Positions 1 through 11,258 of a stretch of 64,000 nucleotides of DNA are shown one piece after another. The notes beneath the pieces are model-generated. The model was not told where the DNA came from. It made no database searches and saw only the letters and a program-made list of their open reading frames with translations. A program made the translations under genes and the position numbers. Source of the DNA: Macrostomum lignano (Eukaryota); contig NIVC01000765.1 in NCBI GenBank assembly GCA_002269645.1, forward strand, positions 1 to 64,000, given 5' to 3'. The stretch's first letter is position 1. Each line of letters begins with the position of its first letter.

Positions 1-2829
1 CGTTTTAAGCTCCAAAATGCGCTACCGCTTACTGAACTTGTTAAAGTTTTGCCCAAAGCCCAGTATGAACCAGAAACATTTTCAGCTTTAGTTTGTCAAC
101 TTAAGTATTGTAAATGCTTGCTTTTTCATAATGCTTCTTATATTCTAAGTGGGGCAAAATCTCTGCGTATGCTAAAATCCGACAGTTCTTCCCTGTTTCG
201 CTCTGTTAACACACTTATGCAACTAAAATAAAGCACAATAATTACCCGTCTTTAATCTTCCGACAAGAACTAGCAGAAAAAAACTTTAATTTAACTTTAA
301 TATGCCTTGTTTACTAGTTTTATTTTTTGGTTACAAAAGATGCTAAAAAATTGTCAGCAAACTGCAACACAGCGAAAATTGATACTAATATTAAAAGAAC
401 ATAGGAAAAGAAAGAAAATGAAAATGCTAACACTCATAAAAGTTAAGCAAGTTTTGAAAAAGCAATGGCACGTTAAAGAAAAGTACTATAGCATTTATGC
501 GGACAAAATGTACATTGCGTTCCAAAAACCAAAATGCAAAGCTGAGCAAATGCTCAATTCAAAGTACGCACTAGTCAAATGTATGTTATTGCATCCTCAT
601 TTGCTTGGGAGCCTGATCAGCAGCTAGTTGAGGTGCTTCTCGATTGTAACGGCGGCAGCTGTGGCGGCAGAGGTCTCTTAAAGCAAAGTGCCCATACGGA
701 AGACTTTGGTTTGGGGAAGTCCACGCACGCTTGTCCTCCCATACAGTCAGGGCACGCTTCTGTTGCTCTAAAGTGACTACTCTGTGTCGTCGGCTAGCGA
801 TTCTGCGTGTCAAGACGCGAAGCTCCTTCAAACTGGCAAACGCCTGCATGTAGTCATCGTGTGTGATTTCTGCCCGCAGCACACTCTTCTGAACACCTTT
901 GGCTGCCTTCTTCCCTCCAGACTCGGCCTTCATCGAGTATAGTTTTGGTCTCAAAAGGATCCATTCACGATGGGGGTTGCCTGCAGATTCGTCCTTTATG
1001 CAGCCTAACTTGGCTTTTAGATCATCGGATCGGAATTGATGGTCGGCCGGGAAGTTTGAGGTATCTAGCAATCGCTGGCGAATGAGTTCTGGTAGAACAG
1101 CACTCTGAACATCGATGTTTTTAAAGCACAGAAAGAAGGAATCGGTGTCCCCACCGCATAGGGAAACTCCTTGTTGGAGAGCAGGATTCTCAAATGTTGG
1201 CTTTAGCTTTCCATAGTACAATCGGTACATCGCCAGCTTAGAGTCATCTAAAACACATTGACCAACGTAGATTGGGCGGTCAAGAGTGACTGATGTCTTG
1301 AAAAATTGAAAAACTACTAAGTCTTGAGTCACAATCGTAAAGTCCTTAAGATTCGGACGCGATGAATAGATTTCGGACTGCTCCTCGTTGTTAGAAATTC
1401 GAACACTGAGCCTCTTCCGTACGTTTTCCATCGTTTTGCCGAACAGGGAGTTATTCTTCAGTTTGTAATAGTCTTTTTCGAATTCCGTTGTAGCCACTGA
1501 GCGCTTTTTGCTGTTTCTGTCAATGTAGACTTGGAAAATTGCAGCTTGACAAAATCGAATAGCTCTTCGGACCTTTTTTAGTCGCATACAGTGACGCAAG
1601 TAGAACTTCAAAATTCGAAAATGCACGACGTAGGATTCCTTGTCATGACATGTGAGTAAAAGTTTCACACAGCCTTTGTACGGCTCGTTGCGAGTGTTCA
1701 ATTCGCCCCAAAGACGTTTCATGAATGGCGGAAACTCTTCGAGCTTAGGCGCGGCCTTCTCGGGGGCAAATGGCAAATCTTGTGTCTGCGTGTGGATTAC
1801 ATCTGGATATTCCAGATCAACCTCAAATAGGTAGCCAACTGGACCATCGTCATCCAATTTAAGTAGCTTCTGTTCTGTCCATTCACACAGTTCTTCTTCA
1901 CTAAGCCACTCAAAGTCACTGACGGGTAGTTTTTCGGACAGCGCTTGCCCGTAGAGATTATTCATGTCTACGGGGAGCAAAGAATTTGTCTCGGCATTAG
2001 AAGCTGCGCTTGATGAATCTGCACCATCTGACGACTGGTGACTGGTGACTGGTCCGGCAGTAACATGATGAACGTTCGTGAAGGTCATTCCTCCACGAAT
2101 GCCAAGCTCAAAGAGTCTGTACTTCTCAGCATCGTCGAGCAACTGGAGCGGTGTTGGCGCGGATTTCAGTGCGGAATCAAATGATAGACCTGGTGTAGTA
2201 AAGTAGTGGGCCGGGTCAAGACCGTCATCATGGAGACTCAAACGGCGAAAGTTCTGAAAAACATCGGCAAGTTGACGGATGTCAAGCTGCAGGTAGGCAA
2301 GCATGTAGTCGTGCAAATTTTTTGCTTCGATCTGCTTCCAGGCTTTGCGCGCATGAGCATAGCTCTCCTCACTGCAAGCTGTCTTTGTCAGAGAGTTGAA
2401 AAACTCTTCTCTGCTCGGAAGTTCGGTCACTGCCAAATTCGCGGGGGATTTGACGAAATCATAGGGAAAGACTCCCTTGATAGACAATGTTTCATTAGTT
2501 AACTTTGGAAAGCAGCTTTTCATTTGCTGAGTGAATTTTCTGTCCTGGAGAGGTAAGTTGCGAATCAGTTTGTCTAGACCCGCGTTTAAAAACTGGAATG
2601 AATCGAGGAACTGCAGAGTGAAGAAAATTGTTTTCTTTTTGCCTTTCGGTAGAGTGATTTCGGCGATTGGGAAATCTATTCGAAGAGACATTTAGCGTTC
2701 AGAAGTCTGAGGAATGACACTCAGCTTCCAGTTTTTCATATTTCCTAACGCTGTTGAAAACAGGAGGTGCATGTCATAATTTCGGAGATTATGGAAGAAA
2801 ATCGGCAGAAATCTTCGGCGAAGTTGCGC

Positions 2830-2940
2830 TAATTTGTTACACCGTGAACATGCGGCGCCTTTGAATTTTTCAGTCAGATGATCATGGTCATAGTGCTTGT
2901 CATTAGTGTCAGTAAACTGTCGATCACAGTAATGACAGTT
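2830..2940 (-). other. Recombination endonuclease VII (His-Me finger)-like domain inside pPolB
   Basis: CHYCDRQF...HYDHDHLTEKFKGAACSRCN, the CxxC/DHDH/CxxCN signature seen inserted in invertebrate Polinton/adintovirus-type PolB. Confidence 0.8.
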
Positions 2941-3237
2941 GGAGGATTCACTGAAGATTTGACTAGCAATAGTGTCTGCTTCAGCCGTTTGGTAGCTGTG
3001 CCTTCTGTTCCAGTCATAGACTTCTCGAGCCACGCGTTCCAGCTCATGAAGAAACGTTTCCATACACTCCAATGGATTTGAACTGGAGACCAACTTCACC
3101 TGACCTTGATCCTTAAGTGGTGGTGCCTTCATGCCTTCACGAGCAACGAGTAGAAATCCACCCGCTGCAGGCAGATGCTCGGAAATAAAGACGGTTTTGC
3201 CAGTTACCATGCCCTCATCTGGTCTTGCTTGTACATG

Positions 3238-3270
<33 letters not shown>
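3238..3270 (+). repeat. (CTG)n trinucleotide tract within the pPolB insertion loop
   Basis: About 11 consecutive CTG units; gives poly-Q or poly-S depending on frame. Confidence 0.9.
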
Positions 3271-3273
<3 letters not shown>

Positions 3274-4629
3274 CTTTGCTTTGCTGCAGGCTAGCACCTC
3301 GCGTGGCACAGGGTCGCGCGAGCCAGTGCAACCACGCCGGCCGGATCCGAACCCAGGACCGACAGCGGGGGCCGAGGAGTACCAAAAATCTGCGTGTGCT
3401 GCAGACTTGCTCATTGTCGCTGACCTCCATTTCCTCAACCTTCTGATGCATGACCTCTCGAGTGTGGGGGCCTAGCGGAGAATTAAATGCTTCAATATCA
3501 GCATAGATAGCGAACGGTGCTTCAATAGTTTTGAAGTAGTTTTGAAAAGACAGCACGCTGCGCTTCTCAGTAGGAACTCGTTCCTTGACAGCAAACTCAT
3601 TAGAGCGATAGCACTGGTCTCTGTGCTCATTTAGCTTCTGATCAGTTACGAAAGAGCTCAAGCAGCGTTCACACCACTTTCTGTGGTAAAGACCGCTTTT
3701 ACTGTTTAGTAGCCTATCAAGGCTCACGATTCCGCACCAGTGTTTATCCTCTTCATCCTTGTTAGCTGATTTGTTCAATAGTAGGAGAAGAACTACTTTG
3801 CGACTGCATGCGACTTCAACTCGTGGCTGCCTCAGCACACTGACACCGTTACTGCTTGACCAAGAAAAAACTACAAAACATAACCTTGGGTTCAGTAATT
3901 CGATTCGATTTAGCTGGTTGAGTCCAACGGGTAAGGAAATTCCTGAAAGATTGATATCGTTCAACCAGTCCTTGTAAGTAGAAAGCCTTTGAGGGTTTTT
4001 CCTCAAATTCTCATCACCGTGATGCAGCACTGCAAGGTAGGCATACAAAAAACAATCAGAGCCAGTACTAGGAGGATTGATGACGGCTTTTTTGCCTTCA
4101 GCAGAGGAGGTAATTCAAAATTGCTTGCATGACCAGAGTAGAAGCGCAGTCTTTAACCAACCGCAATGTTCAAGTCGATGCAGTTGACGCGCACAATCAC
4201 CCAACCACTGCCATTTGTGTTCATCTTCTCAATGATGCCTTCGCAACCATTAATCTGCTGCTTCCACCAATCATCAAAGCAAGCGACGTCATTGACAGGT
4301 TGCAAACGAGTGCTTACCCATCTTTCTTCCTGGTTCACCACTTCACCAGCTTGGATTCTGTTCATTCGGATGCTCATTTTTAGCTGCGCTCTAACTAAAA
4401 GATTTGGATTCTCCATCTTCTCGAATACAATTCGCTGTATTGCTTCCCTGCTCCGTCGGGCGAGTTCAAATGGGTCACATGGTGCATCGCTTGGCACGGA
4501 AATTCGATACACCACCAGGGTTTCGTTGTGCGCACTTGCTTCTTGCTGAATGTCTAAAATGAAAAATTAACAGCTTTGCTTATTCTCTGTTACTCAAAAG
4601 ATGGTATTCCATGATAATGAAATTTAGAC

Positions 4630-5178
4630 TCAATAAGCACACTTAAATCGAATTTCTCGATTTTTAAATACAAAACTTCGAATGCACCCAGGAATTAAAT
4701 AACTTAAGGCTGAAATTAAAAATGTTGTTGACTCACGATAAGGATGAATATTGCTGGCACCGTTGTTTTCGATCAAGCTGAGTTCACTGCCGCCGCCGGT
4801 GTCGCTTCCTGCACTGCCGCCGCCGGTGTCGCTTCCTGCACTGCCGCCGCCGGTGTCGCTTCCTGCACTGCCCCCGGTGTCGCTTCCTGCACTGCCGCCG
4901 CCGGTGTCGCTTCCTGCACTGCCGCCACCGGTGTCGCTTCCTGCACTACCACCGCCGGTGTCGCTTCCTGCACTGCCGCCGCCGGTGTCGATCAGACTGG
5001 AACCGCTACTAGCACAATCTTGCTTAGTGTTGTTGGTGTCGGTTTCAGAGAGCCCATCGAAATCACTCTCCGAGTAGTCTGCCCCGGAACTTGATTCAGA
5101 CCAATTATCTTCGCTCTCTGATTCTGACCAGCAGTCACAATCGGACTCTGAAAACTCGCTTGAGTCCTGCTCTGCCAC
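4630..5178 (-). CDS. Putative acidic accessory protein of the Polinton-like module with 9-aa repeats (SAGSDTGGG)
   Basis: 182-aa ORF (GTG start), same strand as and directly upstream of pPolB; acidic N-terminus; about 7 copies of a 27-bp unit. Partly repeat-driven. Confidence 0.35.
   Translation of the reverse strand: MAEQDSSEFSESDCDCWSESESEDNWSESSSGADYSESDFDGLSETDTNNTKQDCASSGSSLIDTGGGSAGSDTGGGSAGSDTGGGSAGSDTGGGSAGSDTGGSAGSDTGGGSAGSDTGGGSAGSDTGGGSELSLIENNGASNIHPYRESTTFLISALSYLIPGCIRSFVFKNREIRFKCAY
4789..4990. repeat. 27-bp tandem repeat
   Basis: gtgtcgcttcctgcactgccgccgccg, about 7 copies, one shortened by 3 bp so frame is preserved. Confidence 0.95.
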
Positions 5179-5476
5179 TTTGCCTGTTATTTGGTTCCCT
5201 TAGCCGCAATTAGTTTGAATGGTCAAATACATCTCTAATACAAAGTATGGATACAAATTAAACTTTCAAACTATTATATTTATGCGAAAAACTAATGTTG
5301 AAATTGATTAAATAGAAACGAAATTCCAACTTTTCCAGTCATAATGAAGTAAAAAATCGAATGCTAGCAGTATATTTTTACTTCAATTTTTCTGCATCAA
5401 AGTATTTAGACTTACAATTACAATGCTATCAGGGTGGGCTTTTGATTGTCAAAATGAATTTCATAGCCCCTGCCAG

Positions 5477-6286
5477 TTACCGCAGGCAAAAAAGGTTGAA
5501 AACTGGGGCTACGACCGGTGCTGCTTGAGGTAGTTCTAGATTTTCAATGTCATCTAGAATTTCATCTAGCTGGCTGACGTCAGGCAGCTCCTCGTTGGCC
5601 GCGGCGGGCAGCTGGCCGGCGTCAGGCAGCTCCTCGTTGGCCGCGGCGGGCAGCTGGCCGGCGTCAGGCAGCTCCTCGTTGGCCGCGGCGGGCAGCTGGC
5701 TGGCGTCAGGCAGCTCCTCGTTGGCCGCGGCGGGCAGCTGGCTGGCGTCAGGCAGCTCCTCGTTGGCCGCGGCGGGCAGCTGGCCGGCGTCAGGCAGCTC
5801 CTCGTTGGCCGCGGCAGGCAGCTGCGGCTGCTGGTTGAAGTCGTCGTGCTCTTCAAGATCACTGGGCTCCTTCAAAAAACTGTATGGGCTGCTCATTCTT
5901 AGTTGCTTTCCAGCAATCTCATCTGTTCCCCTTCCAGCAGGGCATTTTGACGAAATCGACTGATTAACAACAAAATCATCGTCACTATCAAGGACGCCTC
6001 GGATGACCTGACTAAGCACTTGAGTGCGAGCTGCCTCCTCCTTAGCAAGCTGGTGCGCTTTTTGGAGCACAAGCCGCTTGATATTACGCAATCCATTGTC
6101 TCCGCTCGGAAGTTGGAGATGCCCGTCATGTCGTGAGGCTGAGAAGCTTCCATTACTCTTTTTAAAAAAGCTGCACTGCCAGCACACGCTCCACTTACTG
6201 GTGCTGCAGGCTATGTGGCGGTCCGGATTCAGCCCTCCGAGGACGCATTTGTTGCAAGAAAGACAGGCTTTAAAAAAGGCAGACTG
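5477..6286 (-). CDS. Putative accessory protein: Cys-rich N-terminal segment plus 13-aa acidic repeats (QLPAAANEELPDA)
   Basis: ORF 5477-6187 stays open upstream to 6286 (QSAFFKACLSCNKC..RHIAC..VCWQC), a possible Zn finger. No ATG there, so the 5' end is unresolved. Confidence 0.4.
   Translation of the reverse strand, partial: QSAFFKACLSCNKCVLGGLNPDRHIACSTSKWSVCWQCSFFKKSNGSFSASRHDGHLQLPSGDNGLRNIKRLVLQKAHQLAKEEAARTQVLSQVIRGVLDSDDDFVVNQSISSKCPAGRGTDEIAGKQLRMSSPYSFLKEPSDLEEHDDFNQQPQLPAAANEELPDAGQLPAAANEELPDASQLPAAANEELPDASQLPAAANEELPDAGQLPAAANEELPDAGQLPAAANEELPDVSQLDEILDDIENLELPQAAPVVAPVFNLFCLR
5572..5825. repeat. 39-bp tandem repeat
   Basis: gtcaggcagctcctcgttggccgcggcgggcagctggc(c/t)g, about 6.5 near-identical copies. 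Confidence 0.95.
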
Positions 6287-6541
6287 TTAACAGCTGATTT
6301 GCTTTTGACTTTCATTATATTTTTTGGAGATTAAAATCAATCGCAAATTCCGTTCTTGCTTCTTTCGAATTTTTAGGCGCGTATATATATCTTCTCTCTA
6401 AAAAACAGAGACTGCTTGCCTGTGTACACCATGTACAATTACCCCAAATATATATGCACAGACAGTATGGCTCTGTCTGCCATCCAATCCCTACCCCCCC
6501 CAACCACCAACCTCACCTCCACTTCAAACCCTAGCCCTCCG

Positions 6542-6652
6542 CCCTGCACAGTGAAAGTGCGGCAGAGTTGAACAACTGTTTTTTAGAGCTCACCTCTCTG
6601 TCCCTGCACAGTGAAAGTGCGGCAGAGTTGAACAACTGTTTTAGAGCTCACC
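6542..6652. repeat. 60-bp-period direct duplication; its core gtgcggcagagttg recurs near 6968 and 7105
   Basis: ccctgcacagtgaaagtgcggcagagttgaacaactgtttt(t)agagctcacc occurs twice. Confidence 0.85.
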
Positions 6653-7131
6653 AACCTCACCTCCACTTCCAACCCTACCCTTTCCACTCAAGCCCCGCAC
6701 CCGTTACAAAGTTTATTGCCCATTTATTAGAATCGCCAGAGCCAGACACTCAAGAAGACCAGAGCCTCTCTCTTATCTATTTCACTCCGCACTGACAAAT
6801 AGTGCATAGACATTCTATAGGATAAACACAGTGGGGGACGCTGAGGAGTTGCCGAGCCAGGCACAAATTGAGGTGGACGTTTCCACGCCATGCCTACCTT
6901 GTTTTTAATTTGTTTACTCTGCTATTCCAAAACCTTCCGATGCTTTGCTTTGCTACCTGCCTCCCCCAGTGCGGCAGAGTTGCATAAGCGTTTCACCACC
7001 CAGCCAATCACACCCACCCCACGCCCTTATTTCCATTGGCTATCTCAGCTGGCTCTTTTACGCCCTCCTATCCTTTTACATTACCGCCTATCTCCGCAGT
7101 GCAAGTGCGGCAGAGTTGCATAAACTCATAC

Positions 7132-7829
7132 TACTGTCGTTCCTGCTGTGCGCTGACGCCAGAGCAAATTTGGTAAATTTGCAGCAAATTGTCAGCAGGT
7201 ATTTATTCCCTGCGGAGCATTGTGTTGTTTAGATTACATTAAATGAATGAGAGTATGCTACTGTGATTTGATTCAGTAGCCACAAAAACTATTAATCGAT
7301 TAATCAATCACCTTTCGAAGATGGCTGGCTCGAACCTGACGTAGTCAACGCAGACAAAACCGAATGCTCTTTCGGCCATCAATGGAATCAAAATTGGCGT
7401 CAACTGGGGTTCGTTCGCCACGGCCCTCTTGTTGTTGCGCTGGCAGACGGCGCACTTCTGAACGTAATCTTGCACAGCTTTTGTCATGCCGTCCCAATGA
7501 AATCGCCTTTGTAGCCTCGTTAGGGTGGACTTTATCCCCTGATGAGCTCCTCCAGTCGCAGAGGTGTGATATTCTTGAATTAATCGACTCCGTTCTTCTT
7601 GATCTTCCACCTTCAGGCGACGCTACCTTGACAGATGGAGCTTCTTCTGCCTATCATCCCGAGCTGAGAGCTGATAGAACAGCTGCTGGCCCTCGTACCT
7701 GAAGTTGCGCGCCTTTTGCCGAACCTTGCTTTTGAAGTTGTTCTTCTCCTTGGTTGTTGTCAAAGCCGCAGGGACGTCGTATGCGCCACCAAGCAAGTAA
7801 AGTTTTATGTCGGAATACGTGACAGACAT
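7132..7829 (-). pseudogene. Ginger/GIN1-like retroviral-type integrase, 5' part only, apparently intron-containing
   Basis: N-terminus YSDIKLYLLGGAY..KVRQKARNFRYEGQQLFY, in-frame TAG at 7623-7625, then an H2C2 Zn domain (EYH..GGAHQG..FHW..CAVCQ) and the first catalytic Asp (VCVDYV). After a 102-nt GT-AG interval (7311-7210) the text resumes GNKYLLTICCKFTKFALASAHSRND, matching the integrase G-N-x-Y-x-L..F-T-K motif, if one extra nt near 7325 is removed. The rest of the DDE core was not found. Confidence 0.75.
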
Positions 7830-9026
7830 GTTTATGTATTAGTACCTCAAAATAAGAAAGCCAGGTGCACGAAGTCCAGCGTAGTATATATTTACTTCGG
7901 CAGTATTCATGTCGATGATATCAAATAACGGCTCAAACTGGGATTATTGACAGGTTTTTAGTCTCGTAAACTCCAGAAAGAAATCAGCCTAGGAGTTCGC
8001 CTCGCATGACTTATGTCCTGCCGTATTCAATCTGGGTCCAGATAAAATAACGCATCCAAAGTTATTCAGCCGAATACTTTTCCGCCTAGGATGATGGTTG
8101 GCAAAACACCGAACTCGGCTGATTACTGTCCACTCAAGTTCACTCATTGTCTCAGACAGCTTGCACATTCGGTGTTCAATTTACTGATAATTGACTAATT
8201 AGTTGTCAAACGTTTCAAATTGAGAATATTTATTGGAATATTATGCCTTCAAAATGGGCAACAATTATGAAGCTTGATTGCTACACAAACTGAAAAACAG
8301 GTAAACTATTCAAGACGCATACGCAGCATTCATATATACTCTCGTATGTAGGGAAGTCGGTGGGAAAAAATTAAATGAACCAATCAAGCGCGAAACGTCT
8401 CTTCTGCAAATTTAAGTTTTCATTTACTATTAACCAAGCAATAGTCTGGGCAAGTGGGCATGAAAAGGTAACAAAAATCCAATAGAAACAGGCAGTCTGG
8501 CGTGTGCGCAGCGCAATTGACTGCGCAGACAAAAATGAGCTTCATAGTTCTAGACTATTTTTCAAAAGGAATATCGTTGAGTTACGCACAATGCCTGAAA
8601 ATGTCGGATTTTTGCTGCGACGCGATTGTCAATGCTCGGAAACCCTGGCCTTCCCAACGATAAATATTAACCAAAGAATTCAAATCTTTTCATGATCCAG
8701 AAACTTAACAAGAGAGAGCTGAATAATGCGCAAACGTAAACATACCGCGCTAAAAATAAATACACGAAAATCTTACTTGTACAGTCAGTCAGTAAACATG
8801 TCTTAGGCGAGTAAATACGCATAAAAAAAGAACATGAAGGCTGCCGGAAATCTAGTATGACATACTCGAACAGGAAAGAAATCGCACATTATCATACATC
8901 ATGGAGTAGCACTGAGTACTGACTTTCGTAAGAACTAGTTTGAGATAAACCAAACAGTGAAGTTTCTTGCGTCAGCAGTTTGATTTCAAAGAAAGAGGCT
9001 CAGGCTATTAGTTTTTTAGTCGTATC

Positions 9027-11258
9027 TTAATTCTGTTCTGCTTCCGATTCCTTTTCAGATCTTATTTCTACTTTTGATCCTGCTTCCTTTTTTGAATCCT
9101 CTTTCCTCTTAGGATCCTCTTTCTACTTCGGATCCTGTTTCCTTTTTGTATCCTCTTTCTTCTTTAAATCCTTTTTCTTCTTTGGATCATCTTTCTGCTT
9201 CGGATCCTGTTTCCTTTTGTATCCTCTTTCTTCTTTAAATCTTTTTCTTCTTTGGATCATCTTTCTGCTTCGGATCCTGTTTCCTTTTTGTATCCTCTTT
9301 CTTTTTTAAATCCTTTTTCTTCTTAGGATCCTCTTTCTGCTTTGGATCCTGTTTCTTTTTTGTATCCTCTTTCTTCTTTGAATCCTGTTTCTTCTTAGGA
9401 TCCTCTTGCTGCTTCGGATCCTGTTTCTTTTTTGTATCCTCTTTCTTCTTTGAATCCTGTTTCTTCTTAGGATCCTCTTTCTGCTTCGGATCCTGTTTCT
9501 TTTTTGTATCCTCTTTCTTCTTTGAATCCTGTTTCTTCTTAGGATCCTCTTTCTGCTTCGGATCCTGTTTCTTTTTTGTATCCTCTTTCTTCTTTGAATC
9601 CTGTTTCTTCTTAGGATCCTCTTTCTGCTTCGGATCCTGTTTCTTTTTTGTATCCTCTTTCTTCTTTGAATCCTGTTTCTTCTTAGGATCCTCTTTCTGC
9701 TTCGGATCCTGTTTCTTTTTTGTATCCTCTTTCTTCTTTGAATCCTGTTTCTTCTTAGGATCCTCTTTCTGCTTCGGATCCTGTTTCCTTTTTGTATCCT
9801 CTTTCTTCTTTGAATCCTGTTTCTTCTTAGGATCCTCTTTCTGCTTCGGATCCTGTTTCCTTTTTGTATCCTCTTTCTTCTTTGAATCCTGTTTCTTCTT
9901 AGGATCCTCTTTCTGTTTCTTCCGCACGTGCTCCGGTGTCAGTATCTTTTTAGTTATGGGAAGCCGTTTGTCTGGAACAATGTAGACTCGAGTTCTTCTC
10001 AGCGACATCACGGATATTCCGAGGATAGAGGCGCGAGGGGAGCCGAACCACACCTCCGGAATGGCGCCGATTCTCTCAGCTATGCCGATGAATTCTTCCG
10101 CTGAAGCGTAGCGAAGACGCACAGCCGATGGCGGCTTCGGCTGGGACAGCAGCGTCGAAACATTCGTCACAGGTAGACTGCGAGCAAACCTTTCTAGCTT
10201 AATATCAGCTGAGCGACCAATTACCTTGTCAATAGCGCTGTCGAGCAGAGTGACATTGAAACTGTTTAGAGCCATCCGACTCAGATAATTGTGGTAGAAC
10301 GTCGAGCTGTACCCGTTTTTTCCTGACGAAACTCGCCCTCCGTTCCGCCCGATGTTGAACGTCCGGGACAGCTCGGGACGCACGCAGACCAGCCGATTAT
10401 TCAGCATGTAGAGCCTCAGGAAGTCGTCGTACTGCGTCTTCGGCCAAACTTTCCTGACCTGCAGCCAGTGGCGCCGGTTGATCATCCAGCCGAGTCCCGG
10501 GAAGAAGTCAGTCCGGTGCAGCAGTTGCGGGTCCTCGGTCACGAGACCAATTTGACCGTTGTCGTTCCATGCGGACACGCAGAAGATGCTCTCGTCCGAA
10601 TCCAGCGCCCTTCGCAGCGAGCTGAAGTACTGGTAGAAATCCGGAGCAATCAGCAGGTCGTCCTCCATGAGCACTACGTAAGAGTAGTTCAGCTTCAGAA
10701 TGAGATGGTCCAGAACGCGCAGGTAATGCCGCGCAATCTTTACGTAGGTGTCGCTTGAAGGTTTGAATTTGTGGCGCTTGTCGTCGCTTAACCGCAACAG
10801 TTTAACCTCCGGCGTCTCGATCTGCTGCAGGACCTCGTTTGTTTGCTTTTCTGTGCCATCGAGCGATATCATGATGCGGAATCCGCTATCAGGCTTTTGA
10901 GCTACCAACTGTCTCACCAGCTGATGCACTTCTGGCCTCGTAGCGGCTAGCACGACCAGAGCGATCTCCTTGTTCTGCTGGGCATCTGGCGCTCGAACCG
11001 ACGAGTTCGTAGAGCTCATTTGATGAAGACGAACTGCGGAGTTGCTCAAAGTCACATTATAACTCCACGTACTACGAAAGCCAGTCGAATCGAATCAATT
11101 GATATTTCTGGCTTCTGTTTTTGTGCCGCTTTTTTAATTTGATTATCCAGCATCACAAAAGGATGCAGCAGGCCCAGGGCCAGTAAGAAAGCCAGGATAA
11201 AAACTCTTTGCCTGCGCGTCGCGCACAGCCGTCCACGGCGCCGCAGGCAATCGAGCAT
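9027..11258 (-). CDS. MGAT1: Alpha-1,3-mannosyl-glycoprotein beta-1,2-N-acetylglucosaminyltransferase I (GnT-I, GT13)-like, copy 1, with long K/E/D repeat tail; frameshifted as assembled
   Basis: Type II signal anchor (VFILAFLLALGLLHPFV), then ATRP, ISLDG, KIARHY, EDDLLIAPDFYQYF, CVSAWNDNG, RTDFFPGLGW, WP..YDDF, CVRPELSRT. A 5-nt tandem insertion (cgaat, ~11091-11095) relative to copy 2 separates anchor from catalytic ORF; two 1-nt losses near 9215-9241 cut the tail; native stop 9027-9029 (..ESEAEQN*). Confidence 0.88.
9110..9915 (-). repeat. 72-bp (24-aa) coding tandem repeat KKEDTKKKQDPKQKEDPKKKQDSK
   Basis: About 11 units with a 36-bp half-period, visible in DNA and protein. Confidence 0.95.

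Larger units (their letters stand above)
586..4553 (-). pseudogene. polB: Polinton/Maverick-type protein-primed family B DNA polymerase (pPolB) with embedded recombination endonuclease VII domain; disrupted
   Basis: Four consecutive minus-strand ORFs (4153-4515, 3215-4048, 2692-3438, 586-2691) join into one ~1,300-aa protein with motifs in the expected order: GSGW, KAVINP..CFLYA, ExoI YADIE, EndoVII CxxC..DHDH..G..CxxCN, ExoII FHNLRNYD, FLDSFQFL, KGVFPY, ExoIII YLQLD, GLDPAHY, GIRGG, PolA DMNNLYG, PolB KLKNNSLFGKTMEN, PolC GGDTDS, KAAKGV, LPYGH. Lesions: in-frame TAA at 4153-4155 and 2692-2694, a 1-nt shift in the A-run near 4090, and a frame switch between ~3240 and ~3480. Confidence 0.92.

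Noticed and set aside
6315-6503. Possible first exon and 45-nt intron for the 5477-6286 ORF
   Set aside because: Splice phases are incompatible and an in-frame TAA remains at 6287-6289
7536-7560. CTGATGA motifs as further hammerheads (also near 25961-25982 and 45213 on the minus strand)
   Set aside because: No stem II followed by GAAA and no closing stems
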